Origin: a bacterium
Lineage (GTDB): Bacteria > Bacteroidota > Ignavibacteria > Kapaibacteriales > UBA2268
Direction: 5' to 3'
Assembly (NCBI GenBank): GCA_030431515.1
Contig: JAUIIX010000001.1
Coordinates: forward strand, 67,008 to 131,007
Length of the DNA: 64,000 nucleotides
The notes under the pieces are model-generated. The model saw nothing but the letters and a program-made list of their open reading frames with translations, had not been told where the DNA came from and did not search any database. How positions within the stretch are numbered: position 1 is the first letter of the stretch; each line of letters starts with the position of its first letter. This document shows, in pieces, positions 18,425 through 27,828 of the stretch. A program made the translations under genes and the position numbers.

Positions 18425-18982
18425 ATGAAAAAATCAATAATTATATCATTGGCTCAAGGAAGTGAAGAATTAGAAGCAGTCACGATAATTAACATTTTGC
18501 GTAGAGCAGATTTGAATGTTGTAATATATAGCAAAGATGATATTATTACTTGTGCTAGAGGCACAAAAATAATCCCAGATATAAACTCACTGAATGCTAT
18601 TGCACACGAAGAAGTAGATGCAATAGTCCTTCCAGGTGGTTTAGTTGGAGTAGAAAATTTATCTTCTGATGAGGAATTGATAAACTTAATCAAACAAATC
18701 AATGAAGAAAATAAAATAATTGGAGCAATTTGTGCAGCTCCATTAATTCTTCATAATCATAGATTAATTGATCTAAATTGTGTATTAACTTCTCATCCTT
18801 CAGTTAAAAGTCAATTATCAAGCTATAATTATGTAGAAGATAATGTTGTTGTTTATGACAATATTATAACTTCTCGTGGAGTTGGAACTGCTTTAGATTT
18901 TAGTTTTACTATAGTTGAACTGCTCTTGAATGAAGAAACCGTTAATCAAATAAAAGAAGACATAGTCTATTCAGGAAATTAA
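18425..18982 (+). CDS. DJ-1/PfpI family protein (YajL/ThiJ-like)
   Basis: Motifs DAIVLPGG and the nucleophile elbow IGAICAAP, followed by TSRGVGTALDF. Confidence 0.85.
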   Translation: MKKSIIISLAQGSEELEAVTIINILRRADLNVVIYSKDDIITCARGTKIIPDINSLNAIAHEEVDAIVLPGGLVGVENLSSDEELINLIKQINEENKIIGAICAAPLILHNHRLIDLNCVLTSHPSVKSQLSSYNYVEDNVVVYDNIITSRGVGTALDFSFTIVELLLNEETVNQIKEDIVYSGN

Positions 18983-21339
18983 TGATTAGGATATTAATAA
19001 TTAATATATTTATCATTTTATTTACCTTCAACTTGAATGCTGAAGATAAAAAAATTGCTTTAGTACTATCAGGAGGTGGTGCAAGAGGTATATCTCAAAT
19101 TGGAGTTATCAAGGCATTAGAAGAAAATGGAATAGAACCTGATTATGTAATTGGAACAAGTATAGGTTCAATCATAGGTGGTATGTATAGCTCAGGTTAT
19201 ACATCTTCTGAAATGGATTCTATATTCAAATTAGAAAAATACTCTAAAATTTTTGAGTTAAATGACGAAGTAGAAAGAAACGAATTATTCTTGTATCAAA
19301 AGCAACTTGAACAACGTAACTCTATTAAATTAAACTTTGATAATTTTGTATTCGAGATACCTAAATCTATATCTTACGGAAATAATTTTGATTTTATGCT
19401 CAAAGAAATATTTTGGAATTCTCGATATATTTCAGATGGAAATTTTGACAATCTAAAATATAAATTCAGAGCAGTTGCTACTGATTTAATCACTGGCAAA
19501 AGTGCAATACTTTCAAAAGGGAATTTAATAAACTCAATAAAAGCCAGTTCTTCGATACCATTACGTTTTCCTCCGATTAAAATAGATTCAATGTATTTAG
19601 TAGATGGCGGAATCAAAAGCAATGTTCCAATTGATGTAGCCAAAGCATTAGGGGCTGATATTATTATTGCAGTAAATACTACTTCTAAATTACTTGATGA
19701 CAAATATTTGAATGAGCCATGGAATATTGCTGATCAAATAGTTAGTATTTTAATAAAAGATAGATTAGATTCAATACTCAAAGAAGCAGATTATTTGATT
19801 ACTCCAGATATTGGAGACCATAATAATCTTGACTTTTCTAATTTGGACTCATTAATTTCTAAAGGATATATAGCAGCAAACAAGTCACTTAGCAGTATCT
19901 TTAATAATAAATTTGCTATTCTAAATCAAAATCAAAAAAAAGAATTTGAAGTTAAACTAATTTCACTTCATAACAAAGAGCAGATTATTAATGATACTTT
20001 AGAAATTGAAAATAATTTAAGAAAAGTAAAAGAATATTATAATAACAAATTAAAAGAAAAATATAATTTTTCGAATATCCAATCTATTCAAATAGATTCA
20101 ATAAATAATAAAATCAAGATATTTGCGGATTTAGGAAATCTAAACAAAATTGATATTAAAGGTGGAAATATTGATAGATTAGTAAAGCGTGAATTAAAAA
20201 TTGAAGAAAATAAAATATTAAATTATAAAGATGTAATTGAGTCATATCAAGATTTAAAAAACAGTGGTTTTTTTAAGTCAGTTGACTTTCAATTTGAAAA
20301 TAATAATCCAGGAATTACACTTAAAATTTTTTATGAAGAAAATCCAAATCAAAATATATTCATAGGATTCAATGTAAACAATGAAAGGGGAACTCGATTA
20401 AATACAGAGTTTTATCAAAATAATATTTTCAATAATGGAGATTATTTATCACTCAGATTAAATCTTGGTGGTAGAGATACTGAAATTTATGCAAGTTTAG
20501 AAAATCCACGCATAAGAAATACACCATTAAACTTAAAAATATCTGCTTACTATAGGAAAAATGATATTTATACTTATAGAGATGTTGACGACTTACCTAT
20601 TGACGAATACCAAAGAGAAATATCAAATGAATATTACGAAGAGCGATACGGCTTAAAAGTAAAATTAGGTTCACTAATCTGGAAATTTGGAATATTATCA
20701 GCTGAATATAGATATGAACAACAAAGATTTAATTTTATCAGAACAAAAAATTCAGACTTTTATAATTTATCTACATTAAAATTAGAAAGCATACTTGATA
20801 CAGAAAACGACCCTTATTTCCCTAAAAAAGGACTTTACTTCTCTATCTCTGCAGAATCAAATTTATCAACTGATGAAAGAGCTAAATTTATCAAAACTCA
20901 AATTAATTTTAGACAAAATATAAGTTTTTATAGATTTACAATTATACCTAAGATTCATTTTGGAGTAGCAGATAACTTACTACCTCTTCCAGAGCAATTT
21001 AGCATAGGTGGTCAAAGTAACTTCTATGGATTACGTGAATTTGACCAAAGAGGAAGACAATACTTTAACTCTGGACTTGCTATCAAATACAAATCTCCAT
21101 TTAAAATATTTTTTGACACATACTTTTCAGTTAGGTATGATATTGGCTCAGTATGGTTAAGTCCTGAAACTATTCGTTTATCAAGTCTAAGAAACGGAAT
21201 TGGATCAGCTATAGAGCTTGATTCACCTATCGGACCATTAGTTTTAGGGTCAGGAAGAAGCTTTTACTTCATATCAGAACCAAATGGAGTAGTTAGAAGC
21301 CCAATATTAATATACTTTTCAGTCGGAACACACTTTTAA
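18982..21339 (+). CDS. Patatin-like phospholipase fused to an Omp85/BamA-like beta-barrel (PlpD-like, type Vd architecture)
   Basis: Has a signal peptide. Patatin motifs GGGARG, GTSIGS and a DGG dyad. The C-terminal ~330 aa have alternating beta-strand character and end in an aromatic residue (VGTHF). Confidence 0.85.
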   Translation: MIRILIINIFIILFTFNLNAEDKKIALVLSGGGARGISQIGVIKALEENGIEPDYVIGTSIGSIIGGMYSSGYTSSEMDSIFKLEKYSKIFELNDEVERNELFLYQKQLEQRNSIKLNFDNFVFEIPKSISYGNNFDFMLKEIFWNSRYISDGNFDNLKYKFRAVATDLITGKSAILSKGNLINSIKASSSIPLRFPPIKIDSMYLVDGGIKSNVPIDVAKALGADIIIAVNTTSKLLDDKYLNEPWNIADQIVSILIKDRLDSILKEADYLITPDIGDHNNLDFSNLDSLISKGYIAANKSLSSIFNNKFAILNQNQKKEFEVKLISLHNKEQIINDTLEIENNLRKVKEYYNNKLKEKYNFSNIQSIQIDSINNKIKIFADLGNLNKIDIKGGNIDRLVKRELKIEENKILNYKDVIESYQDLKNSGFFKSVDFQFENNNPGITLKIFYEENPNQNIFIGFNVNNERGTRLNTEFYQNNIFNNGDYLSLRLNLGGRDTEIYASLENPRIRNTPLNLKISAYYRKNDIYTYRDVDDLPIDEYQREISNEYYEERYGLKVKLGSLIWKFGILSAEYRYEQQRFNFIRTKNSDFYNLSTLKLESILDTENDPYFPKKGLYFSISAESNLSTDERAKFIKTQINFRQNISFYRFTIIPKIHFGVADNLLPLPEQFSIGGQSNFYGLREFDQRGRQYFNSGLAIKYKSPFKIFFDTYFSVRYDIGSVWLSPETIRLSSLRNGIGSAIELDSPIGPLVLGSGRSFYFISEPNGVVRSPILIYFSVGTHF

Positions 21340-21430
21340 AACAAATAATTAATAATTACTTATAAATTTTTTTTATTAAAAAAAAATCATTATTTTTGAA
21401 ATTATTTATAAACCATTAAGGAATATCAAA

Positions 21431-24400
21431 ATGTACTTAAAGTTAAGTTCAACCCTTATATTAATGTTGATAACATTCTTTGCTGCTTCAAATGATGCAA
21501 AATCTTCAGGTTATGACATCAATGTTTCGATTTACGAAGTAATGCTACCTAATAAAATAGATGGAAATAGCCAATCTTCGATGACAGTATCAGTATATAA
21601 TGATGGGCAAGATGAATTGCAATCATTTGATATTGATTTATATGTAGATGGAGTAAAAGAATTGACATATAATTATAGTGGTAGTATAACTTCTTATAAT
21701 AGTGAAGATATTGAAATTGGGTCATTCCAATTTTCTAAGAAAACTCCTCTATCTACTTATGAAGTTTATGCTACAATAAGTAATCCTAATGGAGGATTAG
21801 AGTTTGGGCAATATTCTACAACAGTTACATCAACAGCTTATGTAAATCCTGCTTTAGAAGCTGGTACATATTCGGTTGGTCAAAGTGGTGATGACTTTGA
21901 AGACATTACTTCTTTAAATAATTATATGAATGCTGGTGGTTACCCTACTGGTAATGTAATTTTTAACTTACGTCCTGGTACATATACTGAATCAATTTCT
22001 TTTGTACACTATGTTGATTATTATGAGGAAAACACTGAGGAACAATTAGGTAGTATCACTTTTCAAAAATTTCCAAATGCTTCGGGAGAAGTGGTTTTTG
22101 ATTGGATAGCTGATGGTAATATGTATTATGGAAGCCAAGAAAATTCTAATATTGATCAAGGTACTGGCTATGGTTTTAATTCAAATTATGCTTTTTATTT
22201 TGATGGTTATAGTAATATTACAATTAAAAATATTGAAATTGAAGTGGATATTATAAATGATCCTTATGAAGCTGGAGCTATATACTTTAGTTATGGTGAG
22301 AATTTATTAGTAGAAAATTGTATAATAAAAATGCCTACATTTGACCCTAATGAATCAACTTATGTAAATATCTATGGTGTTTATGGCTTTGATATTAATA
22401 ATGTTTCAATTATTAATAATAGTATAGATGGAGGATGGTATGGATTATATTTAAGCAGTTATGAAGTTTGTGATAGATTATTAAATATTTCTGATAATAT
22501 GTTCAACAATCAATACTATTATTCAATTTACGCATCAAATTCAGTTTATAATTGTTCCAATTATAATAACAGTGCAATCATTGGAGATAATATATTTACT
22601 TCAAACATTGAAAGATCAAATGCTAATGTAATTTATTCTGAAAACGGAACAACTATTTCTGGAAATTCTTTATCTGGTTTTAAAGGTAATGGTAATGATC
22701 CTGGTCCATCATTAGTTGTTGTAGAGCATAGCAACACAGATGTTGATGATGAAGTTATTATAAATGAAAATACAATTGAAAATGTTACTGATGTTACTGG
22801 TATCGAAGCATATAGTGTTGGTAAAGGAAAAATCAGCAAAAATAAAGTTAAAATTGGTAATGGTAATTATAATGTTGGAAAAAGTGCCATTTTATATGAA
22901 GGTTCTGGTTCAGATAGTAAATATTTATGGGCAGAAAAAAATACTTTAGAAGTTGAAGATGGCAATGGTATCGAATTAAAAAGAACAAATGCTAAAGTAT
23001 ATAACAATTTGATTGATGTAAACTCAAGTGACCCTTCTAAAGAATATGCTGGATTAGCTGCTGATAGAAGTTCTGGTTATGTTGCTAACAATAGAGTTAG
23101 AGGTGAAAATATAAATGGAATTAAAACAGATAACTCTGGAAGTGAAAAAAATACAGCTACTGGTCTATTTTTCTGTTATAATTCAGTAGCCGTTAATTCT
23201 CCAAATAACTTTGCATTCAAAGTAGATGGTGGTTCTAATGCTGGTACTACTTTACTTAGAAATATGTTACTTAACTCAGGTGGCGGTGTAGTTGTAAAGG
23301 GTACAAATATGGGCGGACCTATATGGACATCAAATCAGAATAATTTAAAATCTAGTGGCCCATATATTGCAAACTGGAATGGACCTAATTTATATACAAT
23401 TAATGACTATAGAACTGCATCTAATAGTGATGCAAACTCTGCTTCTGTAGATGTTGAATTCTTAGAGGATGGTTCTTTACGTCCTAAAGAATTTACTCCA
23501 GAATTAGTATTTAATGATCCACTTTTTGACCCTAATGGTCCTTTAGGTGAAATATTTATTGAATGTGAAAAATTTGATTTCTTTGGTAATGAAAGAAAAG
23601 AATTCTTTGTTGGATTTAATAATCCACTTATTGAAGTTACTGTAATCGAAGAGCCAAATGATATTTATGATTGTTATGGTACGCAAGGTAGATATTTCTC
23701 TACTTTAGCGACTGCTACAAGCGGAATCATTCCTAACTACCAATGGTTTAAAGATGGAGAACCACTATTAGGTCAAACATTCCCAGGACTAAATTTAGGT
23801 CCTCTTGAATATGAAATGTCAGGTTTATTCAAATGTGCAATTACTGCAGCAGGTGCAGGTGATACTACTTGGACAAAAGAAGCGACTTTGTATGTACTTC
23901 AAGCGCCTTCTATTACTGTTCAACCTAAAACTGTAATTGCAAACTTAAATGGTAATGCTGTTTTATATGTTGAAGCTAATATCCAAGGTAAAACACCTCC
24001 TTACTATAGAGTTACTGCTCAATGGTATAAAGGTACTACTCCTCTTGTAGATGACGAAAAATATGAAGGTGCTAATTCATCTTACTTAAATATTAAAAAT
24101 ATAACACAAAGTGACTTTGCAAGTAACTATTGGGTAAAATTAGTTGGTAATTGTGGTACTTTAAACTCTGCTACAGTATCAGTAAATGAAGCTCCTTCTG
24201 CTAATTTCACTACTCATCCTGCTGATATAACTGTTTGTACTGGTGATAATTTTGAATTTACAACAGATGTAGTAGCTACTAATAGTGGTACTATCACAGC
24301 TTACCAATGGTATGCTAATGGTATGAAATTAGAAGGCCCTGAGTACAATGGTGTTAATTCGGCTACATTAACTGGATCTGCAACATTAACTTTAGCAAAT

Positions 24401-25033
24401 GTTTACGTAGAAGTTACAGTGAATCCAGGTAATTTAAAATTAGCTTCTAACGAAGGAAGCTTAACATTAAATACTGCTCCAGTTATTGCAACTCAACCTG
24501 CAGCTACTGAAATTGATGAAAATGATAATGGTGAAATGACAATTGTGATTTCTAATCCAAATGGTGTTACTTACGAGTGGTTTAAAAGTAGCAATACTGT
24601 AACAGTTTTAAGCACAGATGCTTCTTTATCATTCACTAATGCTCAAAAAAGTGATGAAGGTCTATACTATTGCGTAGCAACAAATGATTGTGGTGATGTA
24701 ACTTCATCATCTGCTTCTTTGACAGTAAAAACAAGTGGAATTATTTCATCTGTAGAAGGTTTAAGAAACGAGTTTGAATTAACTAACTCACCAAACCCAA
24801 CTAATGATATAACTACAATAAGCTATACTATCAATAAATTATCTGAAGTTAGAATCGTGATTTCAGATATGACTGGAAATGAAATATTTGAAATGAATAG
24901 AGGTTTAACATCTCCAAGTACATATTCATTAAAAATAGATTCAGACAAACTTAATATGTCATCTGGAGTATATTATTATACTTTATATGTTGGTGATAAG
25001 TCTGTTACTAATAAATTAGTTATTACAAAATAA
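21431..25033 (+). CDS. Large secreted protein: CARDB-like domain, parallel beta-helix, about five Ig (I-set-like) domains and a T9SS C-terminal domain
   Basis: Has a signal peptide. PbH1-like repeats: NITIKNIEI, VENCIIK, VSIINNSIDGG. Ig motifs: YQWFKDGEPL...GLFKC, YQWYANG, YEWFKS...EGLYYCVATNDCG. Por_Secre_tail end: SPNPTND...GVYYYTL. Confidence 0.8.
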   Translation: MYLKLSSTLILMLITFFAASNDAKSSGYDINVSIYEVMLPNKIDGNSQSSMTVSVYNDGQDELQSFDIDLYVDGVKELTYNYSGSITSYNSEDIEIGSFQFSKKTPLSTYEVYATISNPNGGLEFGQYSTTVTSTAYVNPALEAGTYSVGQSGDDFEDITSLNNYMNAGGYPTGNVIFNLRPGTYTESISFVHYVDYYEENTEEQLGSITFQKFPNASGEVVFDWIADGNMYYGSQENSNIDQGTGYGFNSNYAFYFDGYSNITIKNIEIEVDIINDPYEAGAIYFSYGENLLVENCIIKMPTFDPNESTYVNIYGVYGFDINNVSIINNSIDGGWYGLYLSSYEVCDRLLNISDNMFNNQYYYSIYASNSVYNCSNYNNSAIIGDNIFTSNIERSNANVIYSENGTTISGNSLSGFKGNGNDPGPSLVVVEHSNTDVDDEVIINENTIENVTDVTGIEAYSVGKGKISKNKVKIGNGNYNVGKSAILYEGSGSDSKYLWAEKNTLEVEDGNGIELKRTNAKVYNNLIDVNSSDPSKEYAGLAADRSSGYVANNRVRGENINGIKTDNSGSEKNTATGLFFCYNSVAVNSPNNFAFKVDGGSNAGTTLLRNMLLNSGGGVVVKGTNMGGPIWTSNQNNLKSSGPYIANWNGPNLYTINDYRTASNSDANSASVDVEFLEDGSLRPKEFTPELVFNDPLFDPNGPLGEIFIECEKFDFFGNERKEFFVGFNNPLIEVTVIEEPNDIYDCYGTQGRYFSTLATATSGIIPNYQWFKDGEPLLGQTFPGLNLGPLEYEMSGLFKCAITAAGAGDTTWTKEATLYVLQAPSITVQPKTVIANLNGNAVLYVEANIQGKTPPYYRVTAQWYKGTTPLVDDEKYEGANSSYLNIKNITQSDFASNYWVKLVGNCGTLNSATVSVNEAPSANFTTHPADITVCTGDNFEFTTDVVATNSGTITAYQWYANGMKLEGPEYNGVNSATLTGSATLTLANVYVEVTVNPGNLKLASNEGSLTLNTAPVIATQPAATEIDENDNGEMTIVISNPNGVTYEWFKSSNTVTVLSTDASLSFTNAQKSDEGLYYCVATNDCGDVTSSSASLTVKTSGIISSVEGLRNEFELTNSPNPTNDITTISYTINKLSEVRIVISDMTGNEIFEMNRGLTSPSTYSLKIDSDKLNMSSGVYYYTLYVGDKSVTNKLVITK

Positions 25034-25063
25034 TCTAATTTATTAAATTTTACTTTTCAAAAA

Positions 25064-25091
25064 CCTGCAATCTAATTGCAGGTTTTTTTTT
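25064..25091 (+). terminator. Intrinsic terminator after the 1200-aa gene
   Basis: CCTGCAAT-CTA-ATTGCAGG followed by T9. Confidence 0.75.
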
Positions 25092-25281
25092 GTCATGCGA
25101 TGCAAGTTTTCCTTTATTTCTTCAACGTCAATCAGAGCGAAAAAAATATTTCTCACAGAAACTAACTAAATATCTTTAAAAATAAATTTAAATAATTCTA
25201 AAATAAAAATCTTTAAAAAAACTATTTAACCATTAATTTCGCACTTGTCATTCTGAGCGAATGTAAAGAATCTTTGGTCTT

Positions 25282-25490
25282 GTAATTCAGAACGAAGCGT
25301 AGAATCCAAATAAAACTCTACGGCATTCTGAACGAAGTGAAGAATCTCTAAAAAATGACAAACGTAATTCTAAACACAGTTCTTTGAAAAACTACAAATA
25401 CTGCAAAAAAAAATTGTAAACGTAAGGGAAATTCATGAATTTCCCCTACAAAAACAAAAAAAACACCGATTTTACTGCAAATACTGCAAA
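25282..25490 (+). repeat. 209-bp direct repeat, copy A (contains the 26-nt GTCATTCTGAGCGAA-type motifs and a 20-bp palindrome)
   Basis: Hand alignment with 25609-25817 gives about 90% identity, two 1-nt indels and a constant offset of 327 bp. Confidence 0.85.
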
Positions 25491-25608
25491 AATGAAATAA
25501 CTCTATGTATTACAAGTCTTCCCCATGGGGAAGATTTAGATGGGGTTTCTCAGAATTGGCAAATATCACTGCAAAAACTGCAAATACTGCACTATTCTGC
25601 AAAAATAG

Positions 25609-25817
25609 GTCATTCAAAGCAAAGCGTGGAATCCATAAAAAACTCAACGTCATTCTGAGCGAATGCGAAGAATCTCTAAAATATGACAAACGTAATTCTA
25701 AACCCAGTTCTTTCAAAAACTATAAATACTGCAAAAAAAAATGTAAGCGTAAGGGAAATTCATGAATTTCCCCTACAAAAACAAAAAAAACACCGATTTC
25801 ACTGCAAAAACTGCAAA
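25609..25817 (+). repeat. 209-bp direct repeat, copy B
   Basis: See copy A. It contains GGGAAATTCATGAATTTCCC at 25753-25772. Confidence 0.85.
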
Positions 25818-25919
25818 TTTTGGGATGGACAAATAAATTTTAAATTTGAAATTATTACTATAGATTCAATACACTTAAAAATATAGATATTAGACTCCAA
25901 GTATATTCAGAAAAGCTAA

Positions 25920-26966
25920 TTAAATATCCAATTTTAACTGCAAGTAATTAATATCCTTTTGTGCAGTATTAAGATTCGAGATAGATATGCCCAACAATCT
26001 CACTGGTTTAAATGGTTTTACAGGAGTATAGAGTAAATCTTTGGCAGTTTCGTAAATACTTTCTTGATCATTCACAAACTGAGTAATAGTTTTAGACCTC
26101 GTATTTATATTAAAATCATGATATTTAATTTTTAATGTAATTGTCTTTCCGGCAATATCTTTTTTAATCATTGAACTTGTAAGTTTTTCAGCAATTTCTT
26201 TTAACTTACTTTTCATTATTTCAATATCGTTTATATCTTCACCAAATGTTCTCTCGGCTGCAATAGATTTTCTAATTCTACTACTTACAACAGGTGGATG
26301 AATTTTCAAATGAAGTAAATCATAGAAATAAATCCCAGATTTCCCAAAATGATTAGCCATAAAAGAAACATCATTTTTCTTAATATCTAAGCAAGTAACA
26401 ATACCAAGTTCTTTCATTTTTAAAGCAGTAACTTTACCAATACCAGGCACTTTTTCAATAGGCAAAGAATCAATAAATTTATCTGCATCCTTAGGTTGAA
26501 TAACAAAAAGTCCATTTGGTTTATCAAAGTCAGAAGCAATTTTAGCTAAAAATTTATTAAAAGAAACACCAGCCGAAGCAACTAAGTTTGTTTCTTTTAA
26601 AATTTTAGCACGAATTAATTTAGCAACTTTATAAGCTGTGGTATTATTAGTTAAGCAATAATCAGTAACATCAAGATAAGCTTCATCAAGACTCATTGGC
26701 TCTACTAAGTCAGTATATTGTCTAAAGATATTCATTACTATTTTAGAATCTCGAACATAAATATCGAATCTTGGCTTAACAAAAATCAAATCAGGACACA
26801 ATCGTTTAGCGACAGCCCCAGGCAAGGCACTACGCACTCCAAATGGACGAGCTTCATAACTTGCAGCAGAGACTACTCCACGACGTTCAGAGCCACCAAC
26901 GGCTATTGCTTTACCACGAAGTGCGGGATTATCTCTTTGCTCAATCGAAGCAAAATAGGCATCCAT
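25920..26966 (-). CDS. dinB: DNA polymerase IV (Y-family). The annotated ATG probably lies inside the true N-terminus.
   Basis: Motifs MDAYFASIEQRDNP.LRGK.IAVGG, SLDEAYLDV and the HhH region GIGKVTALKM. The upstream in-frame codons encode ...SKIIHID with no ATG, GTG or TTG. Confidence 0.9.
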   Translation of the reverse strand: MDAYFASIEQRDNPALRGKAIAVGGSERRGVVSAASYEARPFGVRSALPGAVAKRLCPDLIFVKPRFDIYVRDSKIVMNIFRQYTDLVEPMSLDEAYLDVTDYCLTNNTTAYKVAKLIRAKILKETNLVASAGVSFNKFLAKIASDFDKPNGLFVIQPKDADKFIDSLPIEKVPGIGKVTALKMKELGIVTCLDIKKNDVSFMANHFGKSGIYFYDLLHLKIHPPVVSSRIRKSIAAERTFGEDINDIEIMKSKLKEIAEKLTSSMIKKDIAGKTITLKIKYHDFNINTRSKTITQFVNDQESIYETAKDLLYTPVKPFKPVRLLGISISNLNTAQKDINYLQLKLDI

Positions 26967-27091
26967 ATCGATATGTATTATTTTTGAATTGATAGTATAA
27001 TAATTAGGAGCTTAATTCGTTGCTAAACTACGGATAAAATAACATTTTAAAAAATATTTTTTTATTTTAAAATAATTTCTTAATTTGTGTT

Positions 27092-27826
27092 ATGAAAAAC
27101 CTATATTCAATATTAATTTTTCTATTTTTGCTAAATTCTTGTGGAGAATTTAGTAACCCTTTTACTGACCCAAACCAAGTAAAACAAGTAAAAACTCAAA
27201 CTAAATACTTAGTTGATTCACAAACAGATGCCGAAATAAGTATAGTATTTGAAAAGCATTACAATATTAATGGCGAACTAATCACATATATATTATTTGA
27301 CGAAAAGTCTAATAAAAAATCAGAATCAAACTATGAGTATGATGGAAAAGTTAAAATAGAAGAAGTTATAGAATACAAAACAAATGGTGATACCGCAACT
27401 ATTTATAATAAAAAGTATAAACAAAATAGCGAAGGTCAAATCTATGAAATAGAGAAATTTGATAAAAATGGCGAACTCCAAGAGAAGAGCAAAATCAAAT
27501 ATGATAATTTAGGTAATATTTCAGAAGAAGTAATCCAGAAAAAAAATGGATTAAACGAAAGCAAAAGTTATGATTATAACTATGGCAACAATGGTGAACT
27601 AAATTCAATATCAGTCAAAGATAATTCAGATGGAAGATTACTAAAAAAAGACTCATTAGTATATTCTAATCAAAAAATAGAGTTAATATCTTATGATGTA
27701 AATGGAGAATTAAGCCACAGTCAACAAACAAATTATGATGAAAATGGCTTAATCTTATTAGAAACTAAAAAAGACAAATCTGGTAAAGTGATAGAAAAGT
27801 ATAGATATAAATACAAATACTTTTAA
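27092..27826 (+). CDS. Lipoprotein with YD/RHS-like short repeats
   Basis: Lipobox LLNSCG. Repeated motifs: Y(E/D)YDGK, FDKNGEL, KYDNLGN, YDVNGEL, NYDENGL. Confidence 0.65.
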   Translation: MKNLYSILIFLFLLNSCGEFSNPFTDPNQVKQVKTQTKYLVDSQTDAEISIVFEKHYNINGELITYILFDEKSNKKSESNYEYDGKVKIEEVIEYKTNGDTATIYNKKYKQNSEGQIYEIEKFDKNGELQEKSKIKYDNLGNISEEVIQKKNGLNESKSYDYNYGNNGELNSISVKDNSDGRLLKKDSLVYSNQKIELISYDVNGELSHSQQTNYDENGLILLETKKDKSGKVIEKYRYKYKYF

Positions 27827-27828
27827 AA

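Noticed and set aside
25127-25675. Six copies of a ~26-nt motif that could be mistaken for a CRISPR array
   Set aside because: The copies diverge from one another. Their spacing is irregular, roughly 9 to 260 bp rather than uniform 30-40-bp spacers. They are embedded in larger 209-bp repeats, and no cas genes are in the window.
25282-25817. The two 209-bp direct repeats as a diversity-generating retroelement template/variable repeat pair
   Set aside because: The mismatches between copies are not adenine-specific (I saw G/T, A/G, A/C, G/C, C/T and T/C changes plus indels). Neither copy lies inside a coding region, and no reverse transcriptase is nearby.
25505-25886. ORF-track entries 25505..25765(+), 25510..25716(-) and 25683..25886(+)
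   Set aside because: They are read straight through the repeat units and palindromes. They have low-complexity Lys/Asn/Cys-rich translations, overlap one another on both strands, and lack ribosome-binding sites. They are most likely spurious.
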